Below are positions 26,331 to 39,299 of a stretch of DNA of 64,000 nt, piece after piece. Each line of letters opens with the position of its first letter. The stretch's first letter is position 1. Below the pieces are notes generated by a model. The model did no database searches. It was not told the origin of the DNA and worked only from the letters and a program-made list of their open reading frames with translations. Location of the stretch: positions 73,284,001-73,348,000 of the forward strand of contig NC_043000.1 of the NCBI RefSeq assembly GCF_006345805.1. Direction: 5' to 3'. Position numbers and translations under genes: made by a program. The stretch comes from Octopus sinensis (lineage: Eukaryota).

Positions 26331-26840
26331 AAAACAATAAACAAAGCTGTTGAGAAAGAACAGAGCAACAAAAGGTCATAAAATGCTATGATAAATATAT
26401 TTTTCATGTTAATTTGATAATATTGGAAAGAAATAAATGAATTTAGTTGATGACCCCAAAAAACTTTCAAAGCATTTTTATGAAGGAGATGCAAGAAATT
26501 ATTCTTCTCCAACATCATTGAAATATGGTGCTGCTACTACAACATTCATCACCATTAACCCTCTCTATATTACATATTTTAACAGCCTAAAGTCTACATT
26601 CAAACAGTGAATTGACCTTCCTCAAGTGGAGCTGATTTGTTCTAATTAACAAGAACAATCACTTAACATCAGCCCTAATTTTACTATCATTAGTCATCAC
26701 CAATACCAAAAACACCATTCACTACTGCCTCCCCAACATTTTAAAGCACCACCAAAATAAGCCATTAATTGATTAATTATAATATAACTTGTATAATAGC
26801 TTCAAATTCTCAACATTTTTTCTTTTTGTTTGTTTAACAG

Positions 26841-26944
26841 TAAATGGACATTCAGAATTAAACCAAACCATATTTTATGGCTTGAGATTATAACAACAAA
26901 CACAAGTGCAATGTCAACTTACTCCTCTTTCTCATACTATGATG
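26841..26944 (+). CDS. CUB-TM gene exon H: CUB3 middle (KWTFRIKPNHILWLEIITTNTSAMSTYSSFSYYDG)
   Basis: Acceptor ttttgtttgtttaacag, donor gtgagg; 104 nt, phase 2 to 1; W.F.I and YDG motifs. Confidence 0.85.
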
Positions 26945-27249
26945 GTGAGGGAATTCCCAGCAACAAGAGTCTGGATTAATATTTATTTCCTAAATATAGC
27001 TTGATAATAATGATTCCTTACATTGGGTCAAGATTACAAATTTGTTGGATTGAAATTGATTGGATCAACACTAAAATGTGTCTGAGATTTCTTTTATCAA
27101 TACTATGAAAGATAAAGTGGATGAATGGCAAAGTGAATCTTGGGATGTAAACTTGAAAGATGAAACTAAATACCATGAAGTATGTTAACTCTAGCATTCC
27201 CCAGTTTCTGCCATGCACATCACACAAAATGCTTAGCTGCATTTCTTCC

Positions 27250-27410
27250 AGCTCTTTAAAGTCTGAGTTCTAATACTGCTGTGGTTAACTTAGCCTTTCA
27301 CCCTTTCAGGTCAGTAACATACCAGTTAAGTACTAGGGGTCAATGCAATCAACTAACACCCTCACCCTAAAATTTCTAGGCTTGTGCCAAAATTTGAAAC
27401 CATCCTTATT
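27250..27410 (+). mobile_element. CORE-like SINE fragment
   Basis: GCCTTTCACCCTTTCAGG...AAGTACTAGGGGTCAATGCAATCAAC...CTTGTGCCAAAATTTGAAACC. Confidence 0.55.
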
Positions 27411-27414
27411 GTTT

Positions 27415-28260
27415 TTATTATTGTTTACTTAGCATTTTGTTGTCGTTCTGTCAGCATTGGATTACTACATGTCCAGTTGCATTCTACAACCTTAGATATC
27501 AAACATCTTTCTTATCATCCTTGTTGTGCCAAACAAACAAGCTTTTTATAGAGCGAGGAAATTCATTTTGATGTCCAACATCTTTAACCAGTCACTTCTT
27601 GCAACTCGTTCTTAAGGTTCCTATTCTTTGAAGTTTCTATTTTAGGCTCTGGTATTTTTTCTAATTTCTCATATTCTTTTACTAATTATCTTACATTATA
27701 TGAGCAAGTAATGTCAGTTAAGCATCACAGTCTTTTCTTTTTATTGAATATTGAATTCATGTCTTGGCATGAATGTTCTATTTACTGGTCCATTTTAAAT
27801 TTCATATCCCATACTATCTTTACATGGTAATTTTCAAAGATTCTTCAAATTCATTTTTTCACAGATTTGTGAATGTTTGACAACAGTAATCTTATTATAT
27901 CTTCAGTTCTTATAGACCTTATAGATAAGTGATGTTGACCAATGGGGTGGTTAACATCGCTTTCATTACTCATTTTACCCCTTTTCATCTTTATCATGCG
28001 CTTATGGTTTTTTTTTTTTGGTGTTTTGTGTCCCCAATGTTTTGTATTGTCCCATTCTGTGTAAAGCCCCTTGTAGGTAATAAAAAATCAAGTTCTTATA
28101 TACCTTCTGAGCAAGTGCTTTACATTCAGGGATTATACACACAATTATCTCTTCTCTTTGACCACACAGTCTACATCCAGCCAAGATATCTTCCTTATTT
28201 CTGTTCTTCTTAATGTATCTTGTTCTGATTAGCTGATCCTACACAGCTAGGATCAAGTCC
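27415..28260 (-). mobile_element. R4/Dong-like non-LTR retrotransposon 3' fragment (CCHC plus restriction-like endonuclease)
   Basis: CRLCGQREE...ECKALAQKVY, then KEYEKLEKYQSL on the minus strand; TAA-rich 3' end. Confidence 0.7.
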
Positions 28261-28269
28261 CCTGACTCT

Positions 28270-28790
28270 TCAAAACTCCTTTTTACTCTTCAGTGCTTTG
28301 AAAAAACTTTCCATGTAAACTTCTTTGTTTGTATTGTTACTCTGTTTGTGTCCACAAGTAAGTTGGTGTTGAGCAATCAATCTGACAACAATAGAATAGT
28401 ACTGGGGATTGTCTCTTTCACTCAGACCATGTGGCACACATGCACTGAAGTTTTGGACCTTACCCATTGAATGAAGGTGACAGGCAGTGGTATCTTGAGA
28501 GCATCTTATCTGCTGGGCCAATTCCCTAGCTCTGTGAAGTTCACAGAGCTAGGGAAAGTTCGGCACTTCAACACTTCTACCTTATTAAAAACATTTCAAC
28601 ATATGTTTATGTGTTCAAAACAATTTCAACTTTTTTATGTGTATTTCATTAGTATGTATACTTGTTTATGCAAGTGTACATACTGATGCATCATTGCATC
28701 AACTATTCACTGAAATTTTGATACAGCTCTAAAAGTATACCAAGGACTATATATTTTTTAAATATACAGGTAACTCCTTTTGTAAATGAT
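28270..28790 (-). mobile_element. mariner fragment
   Basis: LHSMGKVQNFSACVPHGLSE is a degenerate WVPH(E)L region. Confidence 0.7.
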
Positions 28791-28978
28791 TGAATGGCAT
28801 ATATAATTGCTTGTTCTCCTTTTGTCAGGGAGCAAGCATCTGTTGTGTAATTGCCTTCATTGCCATTGGTTCATTCCCCTTACAACACTAACCTTGGCAT
28901 TTGTAAACTGTATTTAAGGGAATTGTTCACCATCCTTTGAAACCACAACTCCTCATTATTTAATAGATTCTCAGATGT

Positions 28979-29351
28979 GGTGGAAGCACTCCGTCGGTTA
29001 TGACGATGAGGGTTCCGGTTGATCCGAATCAACGGAACAGCCTGCTCGTGAAATTAACATGTAAGTGGCTGAGCACTCCACAGACACGTGTACCCTTAAT
29101 GTAGTTCTCGGGGATATTCAGCGTGACTCAGAGAGTGACCAGGCCGGCCCTTTGAAATACAGGTACAACAGAAACAGGAAGTAAGAGTGAGAGAAAGTTG
29201 TGGTGAAAGAGTACAGCAGGGATCACCACCATCCCCTGCCGAAGCCTCGTGGAGCTTTAGGTGTTTTCACTCAATAAACACTCACAACGCCCAGTCTGGG
29301 AATTGAAACCGCGAGTCCGCTGCCCTAACCACTGGGCCATTGCACCTCCAC
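28979..29351 (-). mobile_element. Full-length tRNA-derived SINE with 10-bp TSD (TCTCAGATGT, 28969-28978 / 29352-29361)
   Basis: Head GTGGAGGTGCAATGGCCCAGTGGTTAGGGCAGCGG; tail shared with 7628-7946; TSD read directly. Confidence 0.9.
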
Positions 29352-30490
29352 TCTCAGATGTAATCCTTTCATATAAACACTGGTTCTACTCATTGTTTGC
29401 CCATTTTGTTAAATCTATGTAATTTCCTAATCATAATTAACCTTAATTACAATTAAGTCACACTAGTAACATAAATCTTTCAACTAAATATTTCTTCTTA
29501 ATATTACTTTTGCAAATTCCTCCTACCCACCACATCTTCACTTACAGCCACCCCATCTTTGAATTCCTTTCCCCATCTTCTCCTCATCCAAAACTACTTT
29601 ACTGCTACCATCACAACCTATATATCCATTCCTCTTCTCTTCTCCATCCATACTTATTCACATACACTCTTACATACTTCAGCACTCTCTGTCAACAATC
29701 CACCTTCATTCTTGAAATTCCACCTTCACCACCCCACTAGAATATTTAACTGAACTCTTTCCCTCCCTTAATATTCAATCCCTCTTGTGCTCACTATCTT
29801 AACATCCTAAATTTTATCATCTATTCATAAACCCAACAACATTGACCATCCTTCAAATACCACCTGTACTACCCTTCCCATTCATCTCCCAACTCTCCAC
29901 TTCTATTACTAATTCTCTCAATACCCTGTTCATTCACCCCTTCCATCTTCTTGATCTGACTCCATTATCTCACCTTCTTTTTCTTGCTCCAACACTCCCC
30001 ACACTCTCATTGAGCCACCTACCTCCTCCAGCCTCTGTTACTTGCTTGTCTTCCACTACACCCATTCTACCTTTAGATTTCCCTGCATAATAATCTGGTA
30101 CATAAGATTCTTATCTCTCCACCCTGAAGAAGGAGGCTTGATTTTTTCCAATGTTTGTTTGATTCCATTACTGCTAACAAATTTTTGGTGAACTACATCT
30201 GCCAACATTATGAAGTAACTCAGAGCTCCCAGAAACAGTTGTTAGGCTTGTAACACTATACCATCTCCCCTCTAATTCTTTGATTCTATGTAATCTGAGT
30301 GAGTTTGCTCTACTAATATATAAATATAGATATATTTATACTTGAATGTTAATCATCAGAAAATTTTGCAGTGTTTGCCTTTTCTTTATTTACATGTATA
30401 CAAGTATATATACATTCAGTACACTAAACTCAAGGAGTGTTATCTGTTTATTTGCAACATTATCTCTATTATGTGTATATATACATATGT

Positions 30491-31220
30491 ATCGTCATTG
30501 TCATCATCATCATCATCATTGTTTAACTTCCTCCTTCCATGCTGGCATAGGCTGGCCAGTTTGACTGGGCAGGAGCTTGCACCATGCTTCTGTGTCTGTT
30601 TTGGCATGGTTTTTATGGCTGGATGCCCTTCCTAATACCAACCATTTTGTAGAGTGGGCTGAGTGATTTTTACATGGCACCTGCACAGATGAAGTCAGTT
30701 TTGGTATGATTTTTGCAGCTGGATGCCCTTCTAAACACCAGCTACTTTACAGAGTGGATTAGGTGCTTATTAAGTGGCACCTGCACTGGCAGGGTCACCA
30801 AGTATATATGAAAGTATATATGTATATAAATGAAACAAAAACGCAATAGAGGGTATTAAAGCATCCGGACATTCATTTTCCATATTTAGTAACCTTTCAT
30901 AGTAGCACTTCCACTCATCTTTTTTCTTTGAGACACTAAATGCTAGTATACCATTATCCATTTTCACACATTTTTCACCCACATCTCTATTCTCTCTGAT
31001 GCACTGTTTTGCAATCCAGAAAACCTCACATCTCTGATGCTTGTGCTGTAGAACATTGGCAAATCTCTTACCTTCTGCGATTCCTTTTGCTATGTGAACC
31101 TGTTGCCTAGCTTTCCTTCTGTAAAAAATACCTTGTGACAAGAATTTTACAGAAAGCAATGCTTTATGAATTTTGTTCAGATTTGTCTCTCTCAGATACA
31201 TCCCATTGACGATGTTTGGC
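30491..31220 (-). mobile_element. Rearranged RTE fragment (3' UTR plus mid-ORF piece)
   Basis: (ATC)n tail and 3' UTR at 30491-30800. ORF 30770-31222 KRFANVLQHKHQRCEVF matches the RTE at 34300-34560. Confidence 0.8.
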
Positions 31221-31390
31221 ATTCCTGATAGATGGCAACACTGAACAAACTAGGTGTTTTCACAACTTTTTATCATAAGGGAGGTATTTTCTCCACAGTA
31301 ACTTCAATGAATTTACCTTTTACCAGTTGAAATATGTCAAAAACATATTTTAACTAACATAAATTTTGCTTATGCCAGAGCACTGCTAAC

Positions 31391-31429
<39 letters not shown>

Positions 31430-31434
<5 letters not shown>

Positions 31435-31970
31435 GATGGAGCATCATTTCCCATTCAAACTGCTGCAGCCTTTGGAATGTCCTCCTTGCTGTAAGTGTTT
31501 GAGCATTATCTTCTCTGCTAGTTCCTCAACAGTTACTATGGGATTTTGTTCCACCAAGGTTTGCAGGATGTCCTTGTCAAGCTCTACAAATCTTCCAGGA
31601 TGAGGTTTGTCTTCTAGACTGCAGTTTCCAGCTCGAAATTTCTGGAACTACCATTGACACTGGCTTACATTTACTGTCCGATCCCCATATACTGTATTAA
31701 TATTCCTCACACTATCTGTTGCATTGTTGCCTTCATTGAACTCATAAAGCAAAATATGCTGAATATGCTCCTTTGACACTTCCATTATAACTTTGAAAAA
31801 ATATCTGTTAAAATTGAACTGCACTCTTCAAAACTTGTACCTAGAATAAGTACAAGTTAAATTACAACCTGCTTTTAAAGCAAGTTGATGCAGGTAGTAT
31901 ATCTTGTCCCTCTCTATCTTTAAGCTCATGCAATTGAAAACAACAGCATTTTTTATGGGATGACCCAATT
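31430..31970 (-). mobile_element. mariner 5' half, same family as 47340-48605
   Basis: TIR GCATTTTTTATGGGATGACCCAAT at ~31947-31970; transposase N-terminal remnants. Confidence 0.8.
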
Positions 31971-32129
31971 TATATGTGTGTATGTGTGAGTGTGCGTGAG
32001 TGTGTGTATATATATATGTATATATATGTATATATGTATATATATATATGTGTATATATATATATATATATTTATATTCATGGATACAAGATAGTACCAG
32101 CATTGCTAGAAATAAGAGTTGAAGATATG

Positions 32130-32856
32130 TATATATATATATGTATATAAATGAAACAAAAACGCAATAGAGGGCATTAAAGCATTCGGACAGATAGATG
32201 ATACAAAGGTGGACAAGAGAAACAACAATTAGAAGGACAGGCAAAAAAAAGGGTCAGCCTTGGCTTTCTTCCATCAGTCAAGTCCCAGAAATCCTGACCA
32301 TTTCAGGCAGTTACACTTGAGGTGGTTCAATCTGGTTGTCCCCAAAAAGTCTAAGCTAAGAGCATTAAACCCCTTTGTAAGAAAACTAGCAAATGTGTAT
32401 AGCAACAAAGACAAAAAATAAATAAACAAAAACAAATGGAGAACATGGTACACAATTATGAATACAAACAACAAGAAATAACAACAGGCGTCTATCAACT
32501 GAGAACAAATCAAATTGAGCTGGCGTGGAACATGAGAGATGGACACAAGAGGTGTTGACGATTGGCAGTCAGGCCAAGAAAGAAAGATCATGCCTGGCTG
32601 GACAACAGTCACGTGGAAGGTGGAGAGATGGGTAGGGGATGGCAGGATTGAAGGATTAGAAAAAAAACAGAGACAAAGAGAAAGGTACAGGGGAGATAAA
32701 CGAGTGGGAAGTAGTGGGAGTTAAAGAAAGAGAAGGCCAAAAAATGTGAGAGAGGGAAAGCAAGAAAAAGGAAGGAAAACGAGAGGGGGAATAAAAGATA
32801 GAGTAAGAGTCGTACAAAATTTAGATACATACCTTCTATAAGGTGAGCACATATGC

Positions 32857-32917
<61 letters not shown>

Positions 32918-33113
32918 TAATATAAATATAGAAATGAAACAAAAACGCAGTAGAGTGCATTAAACCGTTCGGACAGATGGATGATTCAAAGGCAGTCAAA
33001 AGAAAATCAATTAGGACAGGCAAAAAAAAAAAACGGATCATTCTTGGGTTTCCTTCATCTGTCTCAAGTCCCAGAAGTCATGACCATTTTAAGCAGCTAC
33101 ACTGAGATGGTTC
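32130..33113. repeat. Interspersed repeat in tandem partial copies (32130, 32915; also 30815), possibly Penelope-like terminal repeats
   Basis: AAATGAAACAAAAACGCA(A/G)TAGAG(G/T)GCATTAAA...CGGACA module occurs three times, each after (TA)n. Confidence 0.6.
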
Positions 33114-33803
33114 GATTTTTCAAACCTACTTTCTTGCTCACATGATTAACAGAACCTCTTCCTAGTTTATGGACTAGTTAGATTGCTTAACGAACTCAGA
33201 TTTTACCTTTTTTGCCCCAAGTCTATATTAGTTATCAACTAATAATTATTATCGACAATGCCGTCCCCTTTCAACTATGCTAGTCAAAATTTTCTCACAC
33301 CGCTTTATTCCCACATGTTCTTCGACCACCTCTCTCCACCCCTCTCTAACTAACCCTATCTCTCTCCCTATGTTTCTCTATGCCCCCCCTTCCATAACCA
33401 TCATCGCCATATATAAAAGAGCGATTGCATTATCGTTAACCCCACTCGCTTCCAAATATCTAAAGAAGAAATACGCACAGATCATGAATGGTTAAAGTTA
33501 AGTAATTCTTCTTTCAGCCTCGCTTCCTCTACCTTCTATCTTTGCGCGTATCATCATTATTCTTTCACTATTCTTTGATTACTCTCTCATTATATTGTTC
33601 TTTCAGTACTCTCTCATTATATTATTCGTTCTCTCTTTCTTTCAGTATTCTCTCATTACTCTGTCTAGCTCAAATATGGTTTTTATTTAGTCTTGTCTCC
33701 CGGTTCATAGCCACTTACTTTCCCCTAAAAATCTCATTTTCTCAGATTTTTCAAACCTACTTTCTTGCTCACACGATTAACAGAACCTCTTCCTAGTTTA
33801 TGG
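33114..33803 (+). repeat. 59-bp direct repeats (33114-33172 / 33745-33803) bracketing a 572-bp segment
   Basis: GATTTTTCAAACCTACTTTC...CCTAGTTTATGG, one mismatch. Confidence 0.9.
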
Positions 33804-36800
33804 TGTTTTGCAATGCAGATAATCTTATGATTTGCAACACTAACTTCAGGAAACCTACCAGCCACCTACCGATCGGGCCAACATACCAGCCAAATTGACT
33901 ACATCCTTCCCAGGCAAAGAATGTACCCCACAACATAGACTGGTAGTTAGTGACTTTAGGATCAGGACTAGGAGGACAACAAGAAGACGACCAACACGGA
34001 GAAGAAGGATCTGGAAGCTTAAAGATCCTGCGAATGGACAGAGATTTAGGGACATGCTACTTGAAGCCTTTGACGAAGTAGAAGGGGATAGAGTATCACA
34101 TGGGGTAGAAGACAACTGGACGTTTCTAAGGGACAACCTGCTGAGAGCCACTGACCAGATCTGTGGTTGGTGCAAAGTCCCCTCTCGTCCCAAGGTAACG
34201 TGGTGGTGGAACAGTGTTGTAGACAGGGCTATTAGAGAAAAGAGACAGGCTTGGAAGCACTGGAAGAACGGTGGTAGCAGGGAATTGTATCAGACTGCCA
34301 AAAGGGAAGCTAGGAGACAGGTCTATCTAGCCAGAGGGGAAGCAGATAAGAAAAAAGTTGCCAATGTTCTGCGCCGTGAGGACCAAAGACTGGAGGTGTT
34401 TCGCGTTGCAAGACAGTGTGTGAGAGAGAATTGTGATGTGGTAGGAGAGAAGTGTGTTTGCATGGAAGGTGGTTTACTTGCGCTAAATGATGATGCAAAG
34501 AGAGTGGTTTGGAGATGCCACTATGAAAGGTTGCCGAATAAAGAAAATGAATGGGATAAAGAGAGTCTGCCGAATGTTGACCCAACAGAGGGACCAGCTA
34601 TCCGAGTTGATAGTTCCTTGGTAGTTAAGGCAATTAGAAGTATGAAGACAGGGAAAGCCCCCAGGCCCATCAGGAATCACTGTAGAGATGCTCAAAATAT
34701 CTGGTAGTGTCGGCTATAGCCTAGTCACCCGTATAGTTAATCAGGTGATACACGAAGGAGTCATACCCAATGACTGGTGTAGCCGCATAATAGTCAACTG
34801 CTACAAAGGTAAAGGTGACGCCCTAGATACAAATAATTACAGAGGTATCAAGCTGTTGGATCAGGTGATGAAGGTTATGGAGAGGGTCATAGCCCAACTA
34901 ATTAGAGAGAGAGTTAGTTTAGATGAGATGCAGTTTGGGTTCGTGTCAGGGAAAAGTACCACTGATGCTATATTCCTGGTAAGGCAGCTGCAGGAGAAAT
35001 ACCTAGCCAAAGATAAGCCCCTGTACCTGGCTTTTGTTGACATGGAGAAAGCCTTCAACAGGGTCCCCCGATCCCTTATCTGGTGGTCAATGAGGAAACT
35101 AGGGATAGATGAATGGTTAGTGAGAGCTGTGCGAGCCATGTACAGGGACGCTGCTAGTAAGGTGAGGGTTGGCAACGAGTACAGTGAAGAATTCCGGGTA
35201 GAGGTAGGGGTCCACCAAGGCTCAGACCTCAGCCCCCTCCTATTTATCATAGTCCTCCAGGCAATAACGGAGGAATTCAAGACAGGATGCCCTTGGGAGC
35301 TCCTCTATGCTGATGACCTTGGTCTAATTGCTGAGTCACTATCAGAACTGGAGGAGAAGTTTCAGGTGTGGAAGCAAGGATTAGAATCGAAGGGCCTTAG
35401 AGTCAATCTAGCTAAAACCAAAGTCGTAATAAGTAGGAAGGTAGACAAATCACAAGCGCCTTCAGGTAGATGGCCCTACTCGATCTGTAGAAGAGGTGTA
35501 GGTAGAAACTCTATAAGATGCACCAAGTGTAAGCTATGGACACATAAGAGGTGCTGCAATGTCAAAGGAAGGCTAACTAGGAAGATGGTTTTTGTATGTG
35601 GCAGATGCTCAGGAACAATAAACATTGAAAATGCTCTGAGACCAACTTCCGTCACTTTCCAAGAAGAAAAACTAGAAATAGTTGATAGCTTCTGTTACCT
35701 AGGTGACAAGTCAGTAGCGGGGGCGGGTGTGTTGAAAGTGTAACTACTAGAGTAAGAATAGCTTGGGCAAAGTTCAGAGAGCTCTTACCTCTGCTGGTGA
35801 CAAAAGGCCTCTCGCTCAGAGTAAAAGGCAGACTGTATGACGCGTGTGTACGAACAGCCATGCTACATGGCAGTGAAACATGGGCCGTGACTGCTGAGGA
35901 TATGCGTAAGCTCGCAAGAAATGAAGCCAGTATGCTCCAATGGATGTGTAATGTCAGTACTCATACTCGACAGAGTGTAAGTACCTTGAGAGAAAAGCTG
36001 GACCTAAGAAGCATCAGATGTGGTGTGGAAGAGAGACATTTGCGATGGTATGGGCATGTGGCGAGAATGGATGGAGATAATTGTGTGAAAAAGTGCCACA
36101 CCCCAGCGGTTGAGGGAACCTGTGGAAGAGGCAGACCCCGGAAAACCTGGGACGAGGTGGTGAAGCACGACCTTCGAACTTTAGGTCTCACTGAGGAAAT
36201 GATTAGAGACCGAGACCTCTGGAAGTATGCTGTGCGCGAGAAGACCCGGCAGGACAAGTGAGACCATAACCCGTGGCCTTCTACATGGGATGTAGCCAGC
36301 CCACTTATGCATACCTTCCCTTCTTGGGACACAAAACTCTACTTGTGAAGACCTGTTGAGGCAAGTGGAAATCAGAATCGAAATCGATCAATGGAAATTG
36401 CAGCTGAGTTACCAGTGCCGGTGGCACGTAAGAGAACCATCCGAATGTGGCCGTTGCCAGCGCCGCCCAGACTGGCCTCGTGCCGGTGGCACGTAAAAAG
36501 CACCATCCGTTCTTGGCCGTTGCCAGCCTCACCTGGTCCCCGTGCCGGTGGCACGTAAAAAAAGCACCATCCGTTCGTGGCCGTTTGCCAGACTCGTCTG
36601 GCACCACCATCCGTTCGTGGCCGTTGCCAGCGCCACCTCGTCTGGCCCCGTGTCGGTGGCACGTAAAAAGCACCCACTACACTCACGGAGTGGTTGGCGT
36701 TAGGAAGTGCATCCAGCCGTAGAAACACTGCCAGATCAGACTGGGCCTGATGCAGCCTTCTGGCTTCACAGACCCCAGTTGAACCGTCCAACCCATGCTA

Positions 36801-36843
36801 GCATGGAAAGCGGACGTTAAATGATGATGATGATGATGATGAT
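33804..36843 (+). mobile_element. 5'-truncated young RTE LINE: partial APE, RT, PHD-like finger, repeat-rich 3' UTR, (GAT)n tail
   Basis: ORFs 33895-34707, 34688-35743 (QFGFVSGKSTTDAI, LLYADDL) and 35797-36261 are linked by two frameshifts; 3' microsatellite tail. Confidence 0.95.
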
Positions 36844-38463
36844 AAACACACACACACACACATATATCATCATCATTGTTCGACCGTGGTTGAGACAATG
36901 GAATTTACTATGTTACGCCAGACTTCACGGTCCATCATAGCATTACGGAGGTCCTGTTGCTGGATGCCTGTATCCCTGGAGATTACATTAGGGTAGGAGA
37001 GTGTGCACCCTCTGGTATCGCGAGCAGATGGCTTACAGAGAAGAGTAGAAATTACCTCGTTTTCAGCTCTACAACAAACTGGACTCTTCTACCTTTCACA
37101 AGAGATGATACAGGTGGTAGTTTTCCATATATTTGTACTTTGGTTGGATATATAATAATAACATTAGGGAATATAACTCCAAACTTACAGGGGAAAATTC
37201 AATTTCGTATTAAATCAAATTTCACAATATAAATATATAATATATATAAATTAGAGAAAAACCACTATTATGTAATTCAAACAATGATAGACATAAACCA
37301 AATCATGAAGAAAAAATAAAATATATTATAAAACATATAACTAGATCACAAAAAGTTTTTAAAAAACGAATAAACAATATATAATAAGTAAAAAGACTAC
37401 GTACGTTTCGTGGCTATAACTGCAATTCGAATTAAATTTAAATTTAATCCCAAAACAATTCAATTTTAAAGTATAGTTACTCCTCGGGTCAACAATAATA
37501 ACAATAATAGTTAAATAAATAATCAAATAGAATTAAACAATATTTCTTAAAGAAATAAAATCATGATAATTGTTATAGAAGAAATTCCGTTAAATAAATT
37601 TAAACTTAAAAAGTAGGACCAGGTGTCTATAATACATTTATCATGTTAAAAACCTAAGGTAAAAAAAAACAGAGTAAATAGAAAAATGTATTTTATCTGT
37701 GAAGATATATTTTAGCTTTGAGAATAACATTAACAAACTATAGTATATCTTTTCACTACCTATACTCTAATATTTTACATTACAAACTATTTTACAAATC
37801 AATCACACTTAATACTTTTAGATTTTAGTTCACATATAATAATTATAAAATTTTAAAAATTAAATAAATGTACATATCTAAATTATAATTAACAAATAAA
37901 ACAATTAGAAATCCATATTTTTCCATCAATAAACATATAAATAAATAATTTACTCCATTATTTCTTATACTTATCATTCCAAAAATATTTATGAAATAAA
38001 AAATAAAAAATTCCAAAACTAAAAATGTATTACTTATCATTTATAAAATTATTTGCGCAAATATTTTTTATATTTAGTACTATTGAATTTAATAATAATA
38101 ATAATAATGATGTTGTTGTGATGCATGTACTCTTTATCCCATTTGAGTGTTCCACTCATTGGATGATAGGTTTTTTTTTGAGGTGGGGATTAACGCAGTG
38201 ATTTATTTCTGGTATCATTATATCATTGAAGATTTTGTGGCAGGAGATAAAGTTTCAGCGAGGGCTATCCTTTGTTCTGAATCAATGATCTATCAGCTGT
38301 TAAGGTACAGCTTTAGGTAAATTCCGTAAAAATTTTTATTCGTTTTTTTATACATTTCGTTTGAGAAAAAATGATAGGGACGTGTGTATATGTTGATGGT
38401 GGGGTGCGAGATAGAAAGTGTGTGTTTGAGAGAGAGAGAAAGAAGGTGTATGTTGATCGGTAT

Positions 38464-39060
38464 GTGAGTGATTGACAGAGAGAGAGAGTGTGTGTGTGAT
38501 AGCGTAACACCTCTCTCTCTCTTTCTCCGTCAAACACACACTAAAAACATGCGAGAAAAAGTAAATGTATAAAATTTACGCTATCTCTTTCCCTCTCTGT
38601 CTCACACACACAGTAACACACACTTTCTCTCTTTCCAACAATACACCCCCTCTCTCTCTCTCTCAGTCAATCACTCGCACACACAATCAAAAAAGATGTG
38701 AGGAAAACTAAATTTTAAAAATGTACACTGTTCCTCTTTCCCTCACACACACAAATACACACACACACAAAGCATACATTTTAAAAATTTATTTCTCCTC
38801 GCATCTTTTTTGAGTGAGAGTGTAAGTGATTGACTGAGAGAGAGAGGTGTGTGTTGTTGGAAAGACAGAGAGGGGAAGTGTGCATTGCAATGTGAGAGAG
38901 AGTGAAAGAGGGGAAGTGTATGTTGCAATGTGTGTGTGAGAGAGAGAGAGATAGCGTAAATTTTATTTATTTACTTGTTCTCCCGTCTTTTAGTGTGTTT
39001 GACAGAGAAGGGGGGCAATACGCTATCACACACTCTCTCTCTCTCTCAGTCTCTCACTCA
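38464..39060. repeat. Long imperfect palindrome (arms ~38464-38725 / 38775-39060)
   Basis: Non-microsatellite modules (GATAGCGTAA, CAAACACACTAAAA, AAATTTACGCTATC, CAGTCAATCAC, AAAAAAGATG) recur as reverse complements in mirror order. Confidence 0.8.
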
Positions 39061-39299
39061 AAAAGATGCAAGGAAAAATAAATTTTAAAAATGTATGCTG
39101 TCACTCTCCCCCCTCCCCCCTACATACACCTCTTCACCATTGCAAGAAGGGGACTTAATTCATGTTAGCAAACTTACAGATTTCACTGACGTTAAAAATT
39201 GGTAAAAGTTATGGTTGAAAATTGATTTTTACCACAATCCACAGGTGTCTTGGGAAAAATAAGTTGACAAAAGCACAGCCATGGTCATGACCAATGTCC

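Noticed and set aside
29400-30090. Strongly pyrimidine-skewed ~700-bp segment
   Set aside because: No periodicity, ORF signature or terminal structure that I could support.
32245-33065. CTGATG-like boxes on the minus strand of the triplicated module
   Set aside because: No GAAA/helix III partner is recognisable in either copy.
36414-36675. CRISPR-like or pistol/twister ribozyme reading of the RTE 3' UTR repeats
   Set aside because: The context is a eukaryotic LINE, the spacers are related to each other and irregular, and the extra helices and catalytic boxes of those ribozymes are absent.
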